Part shown: positions 60,721 to 64,000 of the stretch, piece after piece
Layout of the letters: each line of letters begins with the position of its first letter
Position numbering within the stretch: the first letter of the stretch is position 1
Origin: Candidatus Caccopulliclostridium gallistercoris
GTDB lineage: Bacteria; Bacillota; Clostridia; Christensenellales; UBA1242
Direction of reading: 5' to 3'
Length of the DNA: 64,000 nt
Assembly (NCBI GenBank): GCA_018713725.1
Contig: DVOJ01000015.1
Span: 84,390-148,389 of the forward strand
Translations under genes and position numbers: made by a program
Notes under the pieces: model-generated
What the model was told of the DNA's origin: nothing
The model's database searches: none
What the model saw: the letters and a program-made list of their open reading frames with translations, nothing else

Positions 60721-60939
60721 TTAGTCTCTACTAGAATTTAAAATTATGCTTCTTCTCATGCACGCGGATATTATTAGCCAAGTTGCAGAAATGAGCACTA
60801 AAATGTAAACTATTATGCTGCCCGCATTGTAGCCACCAAATATCCAGTCTACTAGGTTAAAGTTGAAAATGCCAACTAAACCCCAGTTGATGCCGCCAAT
60901 GAGCAAAATAATGAAACTGATTATATTTGCTATTACCAT
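60721..60939 (-). CDS. DUF378-family small membrane protein
   Basis: 72 aa. LIGGINWGLVGIFNFNLVDWIFGG matches the conserved DUF378 core (recalled). Confidence 0.8.
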   Translation of the reverse strand: MVIANIISFIILLIGGINWGLVGIFNFNLVDWIFGGYNAGSIIVYILVLISATWLIISACMRRSIILNSSRD

Positions 60940-60987
60940 TTTTTACCTCCCTAATTTAAGGTTGTGTAAAAAATTTACTTTTATTCA

Positions 60988-62808
60988 TTATGTTAAATTT
61001 TCCGCAACAAACATGTTTCTAAATAGCTCGTTCCTATCAAAAAGCTCTTGGAAAGTGCCCACGTCTAAAACTTTTCCTTGGTCTAGGAAATATATCACGT
61101 CGGAATTTCTTATTGTGGAAAGCCTGTGCGCAACTATTATAATTGTGCTTTCGCCCTTTAAGGCGTCTATGCTTTTCTTGATATCTTCCTGCGCAAAGTT
61201 ATCTAAGCTAGACGTGCTTTCGTCAAAAATTATTATAGCGGAATTTCTAAGTAGCGCACGAGCTATGGCTAGCCTTTGCTTTTGCCCGCCAGATAGCTTT
61301 ATGCCGCCTTCGCCCACACGCGTGTTGATGCCTTTTGGAAGGGAAGAAACAAACTCCCAAAGGCTCGCCTTCTTTAACGCGTCTTCCATTTCTTCTTCCG
61401 TGGCGTCCGCCTTTGCTAAGCTCATATTTTCCTTTATTGTCATATCGAATATGTATGGAAATTGGTTCACAAGGGAAATGCCGTTTCGGAGTGTTTCCTT
61501 ATCTAAGTCGTTTATGTTCACGCCGTCTATAAGAACTTCTCCGCTATCCACAACGTACATTTTAGACATAAGGTTAAGTATTGTGGACTTCCCGCTGCCC
61601 GAGCGCCCCACAAACGCCACCGTAGTGTTCGGTTTAATTTTAAAGTTTAAATTTTCAAAAATTTGGTTTGTGGAAGCAATTTTTCTTTGTTTTTTTGTGT
61701 TTTTATCGCGTTTTTTGCGCTTTTTATTCTCTTCTTCCTTCTCTTCTTCGTATTCCACGTAAGAATAGCTTACGTTTTTGAATTCTATCTCGCCTTTTAG
61801 TTTATCTAAATGCACATTTCCAAAATGCTCTGTTGCGAACCTATCGTCGTCGAACAAGGCAAACATTCTATCCTTGCACACGCGGATTTCTGCAAACTTA
61901 CTGCTTATGTTGCCCGCAGACCAAACTAGGTCGTAGATATATCCCCTGTTTGAGTACACAATCATGAACGCCGCCATGGTCATTGTGCCAAGGTCCATAA
62001 AATATACGCCTAAAATCAATACGCCTATGGTCACAATTTCAATAAGTGTGTTTCTAAAACTCCAAAAGTTGCAGTCCGTCATGCTAAGTTTATAGGAAGC
62101 CTTTTTATACGAATCGTAATTTTCCTTAGATACCTCTTCAAGCTTTTGCTCTAAGCCAAGGCTCTTTATGTCCTTTTCGCTTCTAACAATTTCCGTGGTC
62201 AAGGAATTAATCTTGTCGTTTTTCTTTCTGGTATCTACCCTATTTTTCTTAAAAACCTTTACACGTTTAATTTCAAATAGTGCGCATATTATTATAAGCC
62301 CTATTAAAATTAGCGAAACGTAAACATTTAAAGTTGTAATGTAAATTATAATTACAAGCGCAGACACCATATCCATTAGCGTAATTATTACGTCGGAAAG
62401 GTTTGTAACTATACGCTCTGGGTCGGCAACAATTCTTTGAACAAAAGTGCCTATGTCGTTATCGGAATAAGTTTTGGAATTTAATTTAAACGCCTGACGA
62501 GCTAAATCAAAATTTAATTCCGACATAATTCTATTTGTGTATTTATAATAAATTCTATTACTTAAATACCACCCAAGCCTTTTAATTATTACAACGCCAA
62601 TTACAAAAAGTAAAGAATAAATTGCGTCTAAATATAAATTAAAAGTTATTTTTTCTATAATATCTGCAAATAAAATAGTTTGTAAAATATCGCACGCAGA
62701 AGCTATTGCATAAATTAAAATATATAAAATTATTTGAATTTTATACCTTTTTAAATAAGGCTTTAACCCTATTTTTGCCTTATTTTCTTTTATTTTTTTA
62801 TTTTTCAT
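60988..62808 (-). CDS. ABC exporter, fused permease + ATPase (606 aa)
   Basis: Six N-terminal TM helices, Walker A GRSGSGKST, signature LSGGQKQR and Walker B IIIFDESTSSLD. A K/E-rich insertion (EEEKEEENKKRKKRDKNTKKQRK) precedes the NBD core. Confidence 0.9.
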   Translation of the reverse strand: MKNKKIKENKAKIGLKPYLKRYKIQIILYILIYAIASACDILQTILFADIIEKITFNLYLDAIYSLLFVIGVVIIKRLGWYLSNRIYYKYTNRIMSELNFDLARQAFKLNSKTYSDNDIGTFVQRIVADPERIVTNLSDVIITLMDMVSALVIIIYITTLNVYVSLILIGLIIICALFEIKRVKVFKKNRVDTRKKNDKINSLTTEIVRSEKDIKSLGLEQKLEEVSKENYDSYKKASYKLSMTDCNFWSFRNTLIEIVTIGVLILGVYFMDLGTMTMAAFMIVYSNRGYIYDLVWSAGNISSKFAEIRVCKDRMFALFDDDRFATEHFGNVHLDKLKGEIEFKNVSYSYVEYEEEKEEENKKRKKRDKNTKKQRKIASTNQIFENLNFKIKPNTTVAFVGRSGSGKSTILNLMSKMYVVDSGEVLIDGVNINDLDKETLRNGISLVNQFPYIFDMTIKENMSLAKADATEEEMEDALKKASLWEFVSSLPKGINTRVGEGGIKLSGGQKQRLAIARALLRNSAIIIFDESTSSLDNFAQEDIKKSIDALKGESTIIIVAHRLSTIRNSDVIYFLDQGKVLDVGTFQELFDRNELFRNMFVAENLT

Positions 62809-62851
62809 AAAATTACCCCTTTACTAAATTTTTATAAGCGCCTTTTTTGCA

Positions 62852-62881
62852 TAAAAAAAGCCTGCAAAATTCGCAAAGGCT
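62852..62881 (-). terminator. intrinsic terminator between a short upstream ORF and the ABC exporter gene (possible attenuator)
   Basis: The minus strand reads aagcct-ttgcgaattttgc-aggctt followed by tttttttat. It lies 44 nt upstream of the ABC start. Confidence 0.45.
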
Positions 62882-62887
62882 TAAAAT

Positions 62888-62956
62888 TTAAAAAATATTT
62901 TCGGCACAATGCGAAACGCTTAAATTATTAAATTTTATTAATTCGACTTTATTCAT
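62888..62956 (-). CDS. possible 22-codon leader ORF (MNKVELIKFNNLSVSHCAENIF)
   Basis: AGGAGG (62973..62968) lies 11 nt upstream of ATG 62956, and a 4-codon ORF (ATG 62963) overlaps it. A terminator hairpin follows immediately. Not in the ORF track (too short). Confidence 0.25.
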   Translation of the reverse strand: MNKVELIKFNNLSVSHCAENIF

Positions 62957-63024
62957 TTCGCATTATTCCTCCTTTATTTTTAAAATAACATAAGGGCTGA
63001 CATTTGTCAACCCTTAAATTAAAT

Positions 63025-63825
63025 TTATTTTTTTAAATATTCATAAAAATTATTATATCTAATTTTATTTAATGCCTCATCGCTGTATCCGCGACCTTTT
63101 AATTCCATTAAAATATTTTCTACGTCGCAGTAATCCTTTACATCTTCCGGCAGTTCGTCCGTGCCGTTGAAGTCCGTGCCAAACCCAACGCAGTCTATAC
63201 CGCAAAAGTTTACAATGTAGTCTATGTGGTCGGCCACCGTTTTACTCGTCACTTTGCCGCTAGATAAAAAGTCCGTTACAAAATACACACCTATAAAACC
63301 CTTAGTGTCCTTAAAAATTTTTAGCTGCTCATTGGTCAAATTTCTAGTAGTATTACAAAGTGCGTCCACCGCAGTGTGAGAGTTAAATAGCGGCCTAGAC
63401 GTAAGCTTTGCAAGGTCAAAAAAGCTTTCCCTATTTAAGTGCGCCGTGTCTATTATAACACCGCTTTTTTCAAAAAGTTTTATAACCCTTTCCCCAAAGT
63501 CCGAAATACTTCCCTTGCCAAAGCAGCCGCCCGCAAGGCAGTTTGTGTCGTTCCAAGTAAGCCCGGTGTAGAAGGGCTTAAAACTTAAAAACTCTTCTAA
63601 GTTATCTTCCTTTAAAAACCAGCAGTCTTCCACGCAAAGTTTAAGTTCTGTGGTAAGTTTTTTACTATCTAAAAACTCCTTTGCCTTCTTAATTTTTGTC
63701 ATAGGGTCGGAAATTTCGCTCGTCCAAACAGGAGAGCAAAGAAGCTTCAAATACTCTTCTCGCTCGTCTAAATATGTGGGCTTTACGCCTTTTGTTAAAT
63801 AGTCGTTATGTGTATCTATAATCAT
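63025..63825 (-). CDS. membrane-dipeptidase (peptidase M19) family protein
   Basis: MIIDTHNDYL, IIDTAHL and GFGTDFNG match the metal-ligand motifs of the family. Confidence 0.75.
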   Translation of the reverse strand: MIIDTHNDYLTKGVKPTYLDEREEYLKLLCSPVWTSEISDPMTKIKKAKEFLDSKKLTTELKLCVEDCWFLKEDNLEEFLSFKPFYTGLTWNDTNCLAGGCFGKGSISDFGERVIKLFEKSGVIIDTAHLNRESFFDLAKLTSRPLFNSHTAVDALCNTTRNLTNEQLKIFKDTKGFIGVYFVTDFLSSGKVTSKTVADHIDYIVNFCGIDCVGFGTDFNGTDELPEDVKDYCDVENILMELKGRGYSDEALNKIRYNNFYEYLKK

Positions 63826-63902
63826 ATTACTATGTTATACAAAACCTTTTAAAATATTCAATAAAAAAGCCAAAATAGCGTTTTTACTATTTGGCTTTAT
63901 TT

Positions 63903-64000
63903 TTACTCACGGTCTGCGCCTATTGCAATTCTAACCTTCTTTAAAGTTTGTTTTGCAATACTTCTTGCGCGCTCTGCACCGCTCTTTAAAATCTCGTCTA
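63903..64000 (-). CDS. trpS: 3' end of an aminoacyl-tRNA ligase gene, most likely tryptophan--tRNA ligase (5' part outside window)
   Basis: The minus strand reads ...DEILKSGAERARSIAKQTLKKVRIAIGADRE*, which resembles the conserved TrpS C-terminus (…GaekAr.iA..tl..vk..mGl). Confidence 0.45.
   Translation of the reverse strand, partial: DEILKSGAERARSIAKQTLKKVRIAIGADRE

Noticed and set aside
60863-61762. 299-aa plus-strand ORF
   Set aside because: It lies antisense to the well-supported ABC exporter and DUF378 genes. It is a low-complexity shadow ORF.
1-64000. Alternative genetic code (UGA=Trp, Mollicutes-like) suggested by the A+T-rich patches
   Set aside because: prfB (RF2) is present with a UGA-based frameshift site. 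Conserved genes also end at TGA without homologous sequence continuing past the stop.

Overview
This 64-kb window looks like a Bacillota (Firmicutes)-type chromosome. All family names are recalled from motifs; no database search was run. The left ~9.4 kb is a visibly A+T-rich accessory island that ends at a tRNA-Asn(GTT) gene. The island carries the 3' part of a TIGR04141/DUF6119-like gene, a small serine recombinase and a ~200-bp segment bounded by 21-bp inverted repeats that holds an outward-facing promoter (candidate inverton). It also carries a translationally coupled two-gene restriction-modification-like module and a twice-frameshifted large serine recombinase. The module is a gamma-class N6-adenine methyltransferase plus a GIY-YIG/T5orf172 - SF2 helicase - partial-methyltransferase fusion. 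The recombinase reading frame runs antisense into the tRNA. The rest is core genome: pfkA, dnaE, whiA, murB, uvrC, rlmD-like, arsR-type regulator, sigH-like, rlmB, mrnC, hisS, prfB (classic +1 frameshift), P-type ATPase, recD2, comFC remnant, gltX, ABC exporter, M19 dipeptidase and the trpS 3' end. It also includes a surface-protein operon led by a 3588-aa lipoprotein adhesin and several unknown membrane or secreted proteins. The non-coding DNA is unusually rich. (i) A family of 130-150-nt long-hairpin elements sits right after gene 3' ends, with compensatory stem changes between copies; one copy is flanked by a 27-bp duplication of a terminator. (ii) Other interspersed repeat families fill four long intergenic regions. 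(iii) Two duplicated promoter modules have poly-G/C tracts (9 and 12 nt) exactly in the -35/-10 spacer, upstream of a secreted-protein gene. (iv) Three perfect DnaA boxes cluster between prfB and hisS. (v) An ArsR/SmtB-type regulator with an operator-like palindrome sits divergent from a Cys/Gly-rich 64-aa peptide gene. No rRNA genes or CRISPR arrays were seen.
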